Under the pieces are notes generated by a model. The model did not search any database, was not told the origin of the DNA, and saw nothing but the letters and a program-made list of their open reading frames with translations. Made by a program: the position numbers and the translations under genes. From the IMG/VR virus record IMGVR_UViG_3300002056_000004, positions 1-52,787 of that record: a DNA stretch of 52,787 bases; one strand, 5' to 3'. Position 1 is the stretch's first letter; every line of letters starts with the position of its first letter. This DNA comes from a virus. Positions 1-7,337 of the stretch are shown piece by piece.

Positions 1-49
1 CATAGGCGGCATAGGCGGCGGCATCGGCGGCGGTACAGGCGGCGTCATG
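1..49. repeat. 49-nt direct terminal repeat, identical to 52739-52787 (circular-closure overlap)
   Basis: cataggcggcataggcggcggcatcggcggcggtacaggcggcgtcatg occurs at both window ends. Removing one copy keeps the minus-strand ORF in frame. Confidence 0.9.
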
Positions 50-493
50 GGCGGCATCGGCGGCGGCAAGGGAGGCATAGTCCCATTCTTCACCTTTTGA
101 AAGCAAATCCATGCCTGTGATAACTGGGTCTATAACCCTCTGTATTTCAGGTTCTTGCTCCGGTAAATTCTCAAGAAGGTCTTTAAGGAAAACCCAGTGT
201 ACCTTTGACAAGTCTTTCCCATCCTTGCCGATGGCATCGCCAACGTCTTTGAAAAAATTTATGCCTTTTTCTTTTTCAATACGGGATAATTTTTCAAAAA
301 TATGCTCTGCTATTCTTACACTTGGTTCTGGCAGTCCAAACCGTTCAGTTACTTTGGAAGGGTCGTCTGAATACGTAAGGCATCCAATAAAGCACCCTTT
401 ACCATCTTCCCAATAAGTACCTGCGAGAACAGCATCGGCTTTGATGTGTTCTGCTATCTCGATTTTCATTTGCGATATATTTTTCGAGTACAT
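1..493 (-). CDS. N-terminal 164 codons of an Ala-rich-repeat protein; continues at 52738-52572 across the junction (219 aa in total)
   Basis: Minus-strand ATG at 493-491 with no stop down to base 1. Translation is MYSKNISQMKIEIAEHIK..GKGCFIGCLTYSDDP..EEWDYASLAAADAAHDAACTAADAAAYAAY. It is absent from the ORF track because it is open at the window edge. Confidence 0.7.
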   Translation of the reverse strand, partial: MYSKNISQMKIEIAEHIKADAVLAGTYWEDGKGCFIGCLTYSDDPSKVTERFGLPEPSVRIAEHIFEKLSRIEKEKGINFFKDVGDAIGKDGKDLSKVHWVFLKDLLENLPEQEPEIQRVIDPVITGMDLLSKGEEWDYASLAAADAAHDAACTAADAAAYAAY

Positions 494-557
494 TTTCGTA
501 AACCCCTATTTGTTTCTGGCTGATCTGCTGTTGCGCCTTCGTGCCGTTCATGGGGTA

Positions 558-604
558 TTAGTACGATATGTACGAAATATAGTCAAGTACGTAATGTACG
601 ATTT
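558..604 (-). promoter_or_regulatory. Leftward early promoter (PL-like) with two operator copies
   Basis: Minus-strand TTGACT (586-581), 17 nt, TACTAA (563-558). Two copies of AGTACnnnATGTACGAnnT (558-578, 584-604) cover the -10 and -35. The same motif occurs at 1609-1629. Confidence 0.55.
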
Positions 605-694
605 TTAGATAAAATATATTTTTTATAAAATATCAGATTTTAAGGGAATCAATGCCAGCGTAAAAGGCTAATCAAAAGTCGTGCGAATTAGGTC

Positions 695-940
695 TTATTG
701 TTTCTGCTTTGCCTTATTCATTCTTGCTCTAACTTTGGCTCTTATCCTTTGGGCTTCTTCTTCTTTTCGATTCTGAGCCAGTTTCTCGGCGTTCAAATTA
801 TCAAGTGTCCTTTGAAGGCTTGCCTCTTGTTCAGTCGGTTTGGTGATATAGTGTATAGTAAACCCGACCGCAATAAGAGCGATAATGCCAAGCAATATTG
901 TTTGCATTCTTTTTTCTGTCATTGGAAATTCTTTCGTCAC
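695..940 (-). CDS. Small membrane-anchored coiled-coil protein co-oriented with and directly downstream of the repressor
   Basis: 81-aa ORF (GTG at 940, alternative ATG at 922) starting 5 nt after the repressor stop. One TM helix (ILLGIIALIAVGFTIHYI) followed by a K/E/R/Q-rich tail. Confidence 0.55.
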   Translation of the reverse strand: MTKEFPMTEKRMQTILLGIIALIAVGFTIHYITKPTEQEASLQRTLDNLNAEKLAQNRKEEEAQRIRAKVRARMNKAKQKQ

Positions 941-944
941 ACGT

Positions 945-1550
945 TCACAAATCTAAAATCACCCTAATCACTCGCCCAAAAGGCAAGGGTTCTTTGTCTA
1001 AAAATATTGGTTCAAACTTATCCAATGTTGAATATGGCTCAATTCTTTTTGGGGATGTTCTGTACCTTTTAAAAGTGTATTCGTTATCATTGGCAAAAAT
1101 ATAGAAGGCTTTATCAATTAAGTTCTTATCACCCAGGTCTATAATGATTATAGAACCTTCAGGTGCGATCCTGTCCATTGAACGACCTTCAACTTTTAGG
1201 GCTACATGGTTCCCAATTGGCAATTGGGCTATATTAAAATAGTCGGCATCCTGACTTTCAAAGTCATTAGAGTTGAATGTGGTTGCGCTAACAGATGAAA
1301 GGAGGGGCAAAACGCCTTGGTTTAATTCTTCTGAAGTTTCTCCATATAAAATCCACTGGGGCGTTACATTGAAAGCATTTGCGAACTTCTGAGCTGATTT
1401 TTTAGATATTGGCCTGTTGCCGTTTTCTGCACTTATAAGTGTATTTATATTTATATCCGCGTGTTTTCTTGCGGCTTCCGATGCGCTTTTAAAGCCAGCC
1501 ATCTCTCTTGCCAGTTTCACCCGCTTGTTTGGTTCTTTGTTAAATTCCAT
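945..1550 (-). CDS. CI/LexA-like phage repressor (XRE-type HTH plus S24 peptidase domain)
   Basis: N-terminal HTH (LAREMAGFKSASEAARKHADININTLISAENG). C-terminal S24 Ser/Lys dyad context (VEGRSMDRIAPEGSIIIID ... YTFKRY). It is divergent from a cro-like gene. Confidence 0.9.
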   Translation of the reverse strand: MEFNKEPNKRVKLAREMAGFKSASEAARKHADININTLISAENGNRPISKKSAQKFANAFNVTPQWILYGETSEELNQGVLPLLSSVSATTFNSNDFESQDADYFNIAQLPIGNHVALKVEGRSMDRIAPEGSIIIIDLGDKNLIDKAFYIFANDNEYTFKRYRTSPKRIEPYSTLDKFEPIFLDKEPLPFGRVIRVILDL

Positions 1551-1583
1551 GACTTTTATTTATATCAAAAAAAATAATACATT

Positions 1584-1634
1584 GCGTACGAAAAGCCCTT
1601 GATTTATTTTAGTACTTAATGTACGAAATTAGTC
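1584..1634 (+). promoter_or_regulatory. Rightward early promoter/operator region (PR/OR-like) between repressor and cro-like gene
   Basis: Operator copy TTAGTACTTAATGTACGAAAT at 1609-1629 plus a half-site GCGTACGAAAA at 1584-1594. Candidate promoter TTGATT (1599-1604), 17 nt, TACGAA (1622-1627); alternative TTGCGT-17-TATTTT. Confidence 0.55.
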
Positions 1635-1865
1635 ATGAAGAGATTTACTGACATAAAATCGTTAATTGATACGTGGCCTACAATCGCAGCTTTTGCTGAC
1701 GATTTGGGTTGCGGGTATGAAGCCGCTCGAAAGATGCGAACACGAAACAGGGTTTCGCCTGACCATTGGGCTACGTTGGTAAGCCTTTGCAAAAAAACAG
1801 GGCGTAAAGGCGTTACTATAGAGTGGCTTGCCAAGACGCGGTCTGCACAAAGCGAGGTCGCATGA
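1635..1865 (+). CDS. Cro-like early regulator
   Basis: 76-aa basic protein divergent from the repressor. No SD, and the ATG lies about 8 nt after the putative -10, so it may be leaderless. Confidence 0.6.
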   Translation: MKRFTDIKSLIDTWPTIAAFADDLGCGYEAARKMRTRNRVSPDHWATLVSLCKKTGRKGVTIEWLAKTRSAQSEVA

Positions 1866-1953
1866 AGCCCCGCCACAAGCAATATCTCATAAACCAGTTT
1901 TACTCTTTCCTTTTTCTGGCGGCTTTCATCACCATTGGAATAGTGGTGATATC

Positions 1954-2184
1954 ATGAATGGGATGCGATGTAACTTCAAAATGACCCATCATAGGATACA
2001 TTTATTCGCCTTAATGTGGAATGCAGGTAAAGGCACTGCTCACATCGCCATAGAAATAGGTGTCAAAGAAAAATACATATATCGTCATATCGATACGATT
2101 AAAAATGAAGCAAAGCGCAAGCGCGAAGTCATTTCACGCAATAGCACTCGTTCGAAACTTATTCCTTATGCGGGGGCTGAATAA
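1954..2184 (+). CDS. Small HTH protein in the CII position
   Basis: HTH-like GKGTAHIAIEIGVKEKYIYRHI. Start is uncertain (ATG at 1954 or 1981). The longest ORF from 1828 overlaps the cro-like gene. Confidence 0.4.
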   Translation: MNGMRCNFKMTHHRIHLFALMWNAGKGTAHIAIEIGVKEKYIYRHIDTIKNEAKRKREVISRNSTRSKLIPYAGAE

Positions 2185-2259
2185 TGACCCCTTTCCCGTG
2201 TTCAATACTTGGTTTCATGATTGCCTATGGAATAGCCATGCTTTGGCTAGAGGGGGGTA

Positions 2260-2601
2260 ATGATGTCATTTGATACTCCGACTAATCCAGATTGGGTTAA
2301 ATATGCTTACGTTGGAATGAAGGTGGTTTGCGTTAAGCCTATTACGTCACGTGCTAAAACAGATCTGTCTTTATTGGAATGGCTAAGGTCAAAGTTTCCT
2401 AAAAAGGGAGAGTTTTGCTCCCTAGATGGTATTTTTTTTGACGATGATGGCGTGGCGTATATTTCTATCAAAGAATATCCACAAATAGACTCACGATCAT
2501 TCTTGTCTTGGCACTATAGTCCCGTCCGCTCAACAAGGCAGGGCATGGAAGCCCTAAACAGCATTCTAAAATCACCTGAACGGGAGATAGAAGATGCTTA
2601 A
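2260..2601 (+). CDS. Hypothetical early protein
   Basis: 113-aa ORF with a G-rich SD (gagggggg) before ATGATG, in the early-right operon. Confidence 0.6.
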   Translation: MMSFDTPTNPDWVKYAYVGMKVVCVKPITSRAKTDLSLLEWLRSKFPKKGEFCSLDGIFFDDDGVAYISIKEYPQIDSRSFLSWHYSPVRSTRQGMEALNSILKSPEREIEDA

Positions 2602-2710
2602 GCCTTTCACATACCTCCTAAGGGGCGGTGGCGCTGGTTCTATACTCCTCCATAAATCAGCGTCACCAACACCTATTATCGAGCCTTTTTTTGCCTTTCT
2701 TTGGCGCGAT

Positions 2711-2750
2711 AGGGAAGGGAGGTGCCTCCCGCTTTCCTTCCCACTTTTTT
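2711..2750 (+). terminator. Weak hairpin followed by a T-run in a 270-bp non-coding gap
   Basis: agggaagggaggtgcctcccgctttccttccc folds as an imperfect stem. A TTTTTT run at 2745-2750 lies several nt after the stem. Confidence 0.3.
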
Positions 2751-2870
2751 CTCAATTGTTTGGACACATCTCCAATGTGTTTCCATTCATTCATTCGGCT
2801 TCATTCCTTCTAGCTAATTACGGTTCACGTTCGCTTGTGAACAAACATAGCAGTGAAGGAGCGCAAGCAA

Positions 2871-3254
2871 ATGATGAACATGCGCAAGCCCTTGCAAAAA
2901 GTGCGCAAGGCAGAAAAGGGGTCGAAAATGTCTGATGTAATGACCGCTCAACAGATCATGCAGGAAGCCTTTCCTGTTTCCAAATACGGAAATGTAAAGG
3001 CTGCAATCGGAGCCGCTTACAGGCGGTTAAAACTCACCACAGAACGCAGAGCAGAGACCATTTGGTACGGAATAGCCAGGCGCATTGAAGCGCATGAGAT
3101 GGACGTTTTGCGTGAAGAGAAAGCAAGGCAGGAAGCCCATGAGCAAATTATCAGACTTCACCAGACTGCCTCTTACTTACGTGAGATCGACTCGGAATTT
3201 TATAGCGACACGATTGATACGCTTGAGCGCGTTGCTTCTGGCGACTGCGTTTAA
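2871..3254 (+). CDS. Hypothetical early protein
   Basis: ATG at 2871 sits 9 nt after GAAGGA. The longest ORF starts at GTG 2853. The product is helical and charged. Confidence 0.6.
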   Translation: MMNMRKPLQKVRKAEKGSKMSDVMTAQQIMQEAFPVSKYGNVKAAIGAAYRRLKLTTERRAETIWYGIARRIEAHEMDVLREEKARQEAHEQIIRLHQTASYLREIDSEFYSDTIDTLERVASGDCV

Positions 3255-3278
3255 AATAGCCCCTTGGCTCAAGAAAGG

Positions 3279-3929
3279 ATGAACATGCGACCTAGCATTA
3301 CAGAAATTGATTGGAAACCGCGATCTTCTGACTGGACGCCTCATAACTTCCATGAGAGGCGAAAACAGCGCCAGAAAGCCTATAAACGGGCTTCTAAGGC
3401 TATAAGCAATCCACCTGTTGTGAAGGCTACGAAAGTTATTAGTCCTGAGTCTCATTCGTATGTTGCTACCTTTGTTCGCAATGCACGAGAAAAGGATCAC
3501 CAAGCAGAACTAAGGCGCATGGAGCAAGAGCGCGAGGCTGAAATCAAGGCGCTAGAATTGCATCTAGCCAAATTAAGGGATGAACAAGAATTAATCTGTG
3601 ACGCTACTGTAAAGCGAACTCTAATAAAAGACATCAAGAACGAAATCATAATAAAATACAGTCCCTATGGCGTGTCCAGAAATGACCTGACAGCCATTCG
3701 ACGTGACTGGGTTTCTTGTTTGGCGAGATATGAAGGTTTTTACCGATCTCGCAATGAGACGGGCAAATCCTACCCTTATATAGGCAAGCATTTTGGCGGT
3801 CGTGACCATACGACTGTTTTATCTGGAATCCGCAGGTATGAGCAATATCAGCGAGGTGAGTTGCCTGAAAAGTTAAAGCCATTCGAACATCTAATCCTTC
3901 CTGCTGACTACCTTGAGGAGACCTGTTAG
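3279..3929 (+). CDS. Protein with DnaA domain IV-like C-terminal HTH
   Basis: C-terminus LARYEGFYRSRNETGKSYPYIGKHFGGRDHTTVLSGIRRYE fits the Bac_DnaA_C pattern (IG..fggRDHtTVl). The N-terminal half is a coiled coil. Confidence 0.6.
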   Translation: MNMRPSITEIDWKPRSSDWTPHNFHERRKQRQKAYKRASKAISNPPVVKATKVISPESHSYVATFVRNAREKDHQAELRRMEQEREAEIKALELHLAKLRDEQELICDATVKRTLIKDIKNEIIIKYSPYGVSRNDLTAIRRDWVSCLARYEGFYRSRNETGKSYPYIGKHFGGRDHTTVLSGIRRYEQYQRGELPEKLKPFEHLILPADYLEETC

Positions 3930-4622
3930 ATGAATCGTGTTTCATGGACATGGCGACATGCGTTTGCCAGATCAGAATTATCAAGCACGACTAAGCTTGT
4001 TTTGCATACGATTGGGTTGCACATGGATGAAACAGGCCATGGAGCCTATCCAACGGTTGCGCAAATTATGCGCCTTTCAAGCTTATCAAACAAGGCTGTT
4101 ATTACTCATATAAGAATAGCAATTCAGCAAGGATGGCTGCGCTCAAAAGTGCATGGATTTAAGGGGCAAAAATGGAAAAATCACGAGTACGAAGCGCATT
4201 GGCCTGATGAAAATGGAGCTTATGAAGGTGGTGAACCTCAGTCCAATTTAACTGATAAGCTGGTGAACGTCAGTCCAAAAGGTGGTGAACGTCAGTCCGA
4301 AAAGGTGGTGAACGAGGTTCACTCTAAAGTACCAATACAACATTCCAATAATATTACCCCCCTTAGTCCCCCCAAGGGGAAAGCGCATCTTTTGCCTGAT
4401 GATTGGACGCCTTCAGAGGCAGGGCGGGATTTAGCCGTTAGTCTCGGAGTCGATTGGGTTTCAGAACTTGAGGTCTTTCGGGACTACTGGATTTCAGTGC
4501 CGGATGCGAAAGGCCGCAAAAAGAATTGGGATGCTACGTGGCGCAACTGGGTTCGCCGCTCGAAGCCTTCTAACAAAAAATCCAATTCTCAAACCATGGT
4601 GGAGGCGTTTGCAAGAGCATGA
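3930..4622 (+). CDS. Replication initiator (lambda O-like, winged-helix N-terminus) containing the origin iterons
   Basis: YPTVAQIMRLSSLSNKAVITHIRIAIQQGWL wHTH. Four iterons lie inside the coding sequence, as in lambda O. Confidence 0.6.
   Translation: MNRVSWTWRHAFARSELSSTTKLVLHTIGLHMDETGHGAYPTVAQIMRLSSLSNKAVITHIRIAIQQGWLRSKVHGFKGQKWKNHEYEAHWPDENGAYEGGEPQSNLTDKLVNVSPKGGERQSEKVVNEVHSKVPIQHSNNITPLSPPKGKAHLLPDDWTPSEAGRDLAVSLGVDWVSELEVFRDYWISVPDAKGRKKNWDATWRNWVRRSKPSNKKSNSQTMVEAFARA
4227..4322. repeat. Origin iterons, four copies of GGTGGTGAACGTCAGTCC-like 18-mers
   Basis: ggtggtgaacctcagtcc at 4227-4244, gctggtgaacgtcagtcc at 4259-4276, ggtggtgaacgtcagtcc at 4281-4298 and ggtggtgaacgaggttcac at 4304-4322, followed by an AT-rich stretch. 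Confidence 0.7.
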
Positions 4623-5521
4623 ATATTTCATTGCGTGATATTTACAGCATAAACGATGAACAAGCTCATCAAATATTGAGAAGTAGGAGATGGAATGACA
4701 ATGACGGTAATCCTGTTTGTCCTAAATGCGGTTGTCCAGACTACTACGATCTTGCAACGCGACAGGTTTATAAGTGTAAAGGCTGTCATCATCAGTATTC
4801 TGTAACTTCTGGAACGTGGTTTTCTGGCAGAAAAATATCACCTTCAGAAATAATTGGAATAGTTTTTCTTTTTGCTACTGCTAAAAAGGGTATTTCTAGC
4901 TGCCAGCTTTCAAGGACAGTAAGCATCGACCAAAAGTCAGCTTACTATATCAACGAGAAAATACGTAAAGCAATAATGCTAGAGGTTCAATCTCAAAAGC
5001 TTGATGGTATTGTTGAAATCGATGGTGCAACTTTTGGTGGACACAGAAGGCACGCTAATATGGCTCAAGACTTCTCTGGAGCGTTCAAGCGATACACGAT
5101 TAAGAAAACTAAAAATCGACGTGTCATTACAATTATGAAACAGCGTGGAGGTCGAACAGTACCTTTTATCGGCTTCAAAGAATCTGACGCCTTAGAAGCA
5201 ATTACTAAAACTGTATCCTCTGGCGCAATTATTCAAGCAGATGAGGCAAGGGCGTGGGATGGGCTTCTTCGGTTATATGACATGATGCGAATTAAGCACT
5301 CTTATGCTTTTTCATCAAACCAAGCTTGCACCAACAACGCTGAAAGTTTTTTCGCTCAAATGCGAAAGGCTCATAGTGGTACTTTTCAGCAAATTTCAGG
5401 CGACAAGTGGGACCAATACGCTTGTGAAATTGCTTGGAAGCGTGACCACACTAAACTGTCAGCAATCGAGCAAACAGCAAAAATACTTGACCTTTGCTTA
5501 CAGCAGAAAGAGGCGGCATGA
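4619..5521 (+). CDS. IS1595/ISXO2-type transposase-like protein embedded in the replication operon (no IRs)
   Basis: Zn-ribbon CPKCG..CKGCHH. DDE-type core VEIDGATFGG / IIQADEARAW / NNAESFFAQMRK, parallel to the bona fide IS copy at 10265. ATGA start/stop overlaps with both neighbours. Confidence 0.7.
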   Translation: MNISLRDIYSINDEQAHQILRSRRWNDNDGNPVCPKCGCPDYYDLATRQVYKCKGCHHQYSVTSGTWFSGRKISPSEIIGIVFLFATAKKGISSCQLSRTVSIDQKSAYYINEKIRKAIMLEVQSQKLDGIVEIDGATFGGHRRHANMAQDFSGAFKRYTIKKTKNRRVITIMKQRGGRTVPFIGFKESDALEAITKTVSSGAIIQADEARAWDGLLRLYDMMRIKHSYAFSSNQACTNNAESFFAQMRKAHSGTFQQISGDKWDQYACEIAWKRDHTKLSAIEQTAKILDLCLQQKEAA

Positions 5522-6081
5522 CACAAGCACCAGCAATTTATTCCATACAGCCGATTAGCCGAGAAAGCGCAAAGCGTCATATCGCTTCGATGTTTGTCGG
5601 TCTTCAAAGCCAAGACAAGGGCGGTCTGAATGATGCACTCGTAGCAAACTACCTTGAGGCGGTTGCGGACATTCCAGAATGGGCAGTTGAGCAAGCTACC
5701 GAAATGTATCGCACTGGCAAGCGTGGAAATGGTCGTTTCGTTCCCATGGGTGCTGAATTGGCGAAATGCGCTCGTGAACTTGTCGATGCCAAACAACAGG
5801 ATAAATTGGAAAAACAAAGACGCAAACACAATGCAATGAAGTTATCTCATCAGATTTCGGAGCGTAAGCGTTTGGATGATTTTCACGCTGGCAAAACAGA
5901 CGATAGCCGTAATCGCGTTCGTGAACTTTTGGAAAAGACAAAAACCAAACTCACAGCAGATCAGGAAGCAATGGCTTATCAATCAACACAGCCAGAAATT
6001 TTAACACGAACTCACAAGCGCTTCGCACCGCAAGCAAGGGCTTCGCTACTCAAATCACTTTCACAACAAGGAGGCCAATGA
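5518..6081 (+). CDS. Hypothetical replication-module protein
   Basis: ATG at 5518 overlaps the upstream TGA (ATGA). The longest ORF starts at 5494. The C-terminal half is K/R/E/Q-rich. Confidence 0.55.
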   Translation: MTQAPAIYSIQPISRESAKRHIASMFVGLQSQDKGGLNDALVANYLEAVADIPEWAVEQATEMYRTGKRGNGRFVPMGAELAKCARELVDAKQQDKLEKQRRKHNAMKLSHQISERKRLDDFHAGKTDDSRNRVRELLEKTKTKLTADQEAMAYQSTQPEILTRTHKRFAPQARASLLKSLSQQGGQ

Positions 6082-6344
6082 TGTCTGAAAATAGAAAAAA
6101 TCACTTCATAGCCATTGCTGACGATAGGCTTTGGAAAAGCGTAGCCCGCGATATTGCATCAACCATGGCTTTGATTTCTTCAGTTGTAGTTGGCGTCTTT
6201 ATTGGCAGCCAAGCACTGCAATGGATTGGTGGATTGCTTTGGGTTGTTTGGACTTTATCGCGCCTATCAAACGTTTCTACAGGGCATTTAACAATAGAAG
6301 AGGCTCGCAAAAAATTAGACGAGCTGGAGGCCAGTGATGTCTGA
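6078..6344 (+). CDS. Small membrane protein
   Basis: 88 aa with two hydrophobic helices (ALISSVVVGVFIGSQALQWIGGLLWVVWTL). ATGA overlap with the upstream gene. Confidence 0.55.
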   Translation: MMSENRKNHFIAIADDRLWKSVARDIASTMALISSVVVGVFIGSQALQWIGGLLWVVWTLSRLSNVSTGHLTIEEARKKLDELEASDV

Positions 6345-6594
6345 AACACAGAAACAGCAAATCCTTGAATACATGAAACAGGGTAACGCAATCACGGCAA
6401 TGGATGCTTTGGGTATGTTCGGTTCGTTTCGCCTTGGAGCGCGTATCTATGACTTGAAGGAAGATGGATATGAAATCGGCAAGCGCATGATCCAGGTTAA
6501 TTCCGGCAAATGGGTTGCTGAATACTGGCTTAAATCAGAGATGCGATCTGGTGGGGATTACGTGCCAACTGCCAAAGAAAAGGTTTCTCAATAA
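6337..6594 (+). CDS. Small winged-helix DNA-binding protein (HTH_39-like)
   Basis: ITAMDALGMFGSFRLGARIYDLKEDGYEI resembles the small phage wHTH family. GGAGG lies 6 nt before ATG 6337. Confidence 0.5.
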   Translation: MSETQKQQILEYMKQGNAITAMDALGMFGSFRLGARIYDLKEDGYEIGKRMIQVNSGKWVAEYWLKSEMRSGGDYVPTAKEKVSQ

Positions 6595-7337
6595 TGGAAA
6601 AACTCAAGGTGCTAGACCTTTTTAGTGGCATAGGCGGATTTTCGTTAGGGCTTGAACGCACAGGTGGTTTTGAGACGGTTGCGTTTTGCGAAATAGACCC
6701 ATTTTGTCAAACAGTATTAAAAAAACATTGGCCAGAGGTTCCGATTTATGAAGATGTTACCAAACTTGAATTTAGCGAATCCGTGGACTTGGTTACAGCA
6801 GGTTTTCCCTGCCAAGACATTTCACTCGCTGGAAAAGGTGCCGGATTATCAGGGGAGCGTTCTGGTTTGTTCTGGCAAGTCATACGCACCGTTCGCATGG
6901 TGGGACAGCCAAGATTATTGCTGGAGAACGTGGCAGCATTGCTTAATCGAGGGGCTGGCTCGGTATTCGGAGCGTTGGCCACGGTCGGGTATGATGCGGA
7001 ATGGCATTGCATACCAGCTTGTTACGTTGGCGCCTGGCATAAGCGGGACAGAATATGGATACTTGCCGACACCGGATGCCAGCGGGATGGCAAAAGGAAG
7101 CCCCAAAAACCGATATTACGGCAGCAAAACCTATCGGGGGAATTTGAGGGAGTATTTACGAAATGGCCCGGACGATCCAATTTGCCCTCACCCACGCTTC
7201 ACAGAGGAAATAATGGGGTTTCCAAAGAACTGGACAGCCACGGAAACGCAGTAATCCCTCAAATACCTGAAATCATTGGAAACGCTATTTTAACTTCATT
7301 GGATTACGTGCCAACTGCAAGGGAGGCGGGAAAGTGA
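6594..7337 (+). CDS. DNA (cytosine-5)-methyltransferase; frame-A ORF, possibly disrupted or dual-coded (see findings)
   Basis: Motif I DLFSGIGGF, motif IV GFPCQD, motif VI ENV, motif VIII GAWHKRDRIWILA and motif X GNAVIPQ are all in this frame. Motif IX is missing from this frame. Confidence 0.75.
   Translation: MEKLKVLDLFSGIGGFSLGLERTGGFETVAFCEIDPFCQTVLKKHWPEVPIYEDVTKLEFSESVDLVTAGFPCQDISLAGKGAGLSGERSGLFWQVIRTVRMVGQPRLLLENVAALLNRGAGSVFGALATVGYDAEWHCIPACYVGAWHKRDRIWILADTGCQRDGKRKPQKPILRQQNLSGEFEGVFTKWPGRSNLPSPTLHRGNNGVSKELDSHGNAVIPQIPEIIGNAILTSLDYVPTAREAGK
6748..7254 (+). other. 168-codon +1-frame ORF nested in the C5-MTase gene, carrying MTase motif IX-like sequence
   Basis: Reads ..WPRSGMMRNGIAYQL..YLPTPDASGMAKGS..HPRFTEEIMGFPKNWT. 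The RxxTxxExxxMGFPxxW string is the canonical C5-MTase motif IX and ends just before the frame-A GNAV. Confidence 0.45.

Noticed and set aside
111-416. 101-aa plus-strand ORF
   Set aside because: It is antisense to the better-supported minus-strand gene 493-1. It has no SD and a Ser/Cys/Pro-rich composition typical of an antisense frame.
2594-2935. Overlapping 113-aa and 61-aa plus-strand ORFs in the gap after 2260-2601
   Set aside because: The translations are low-complexity and hydrophobic with no SD. The region contains hairpins and an inverted repeat (GTTCAC-N8-GTGAAC at 2823-2842) and is better read as intergenic. The real gene starts at 2871.
5386-5941. Several minus-strand ORFs (147, 81 and 60 aa) across the transposase-like and downstream genes
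   Set aside because: They are antisense to a tightly coupled plus-strand operon, and none has motif or SD support.
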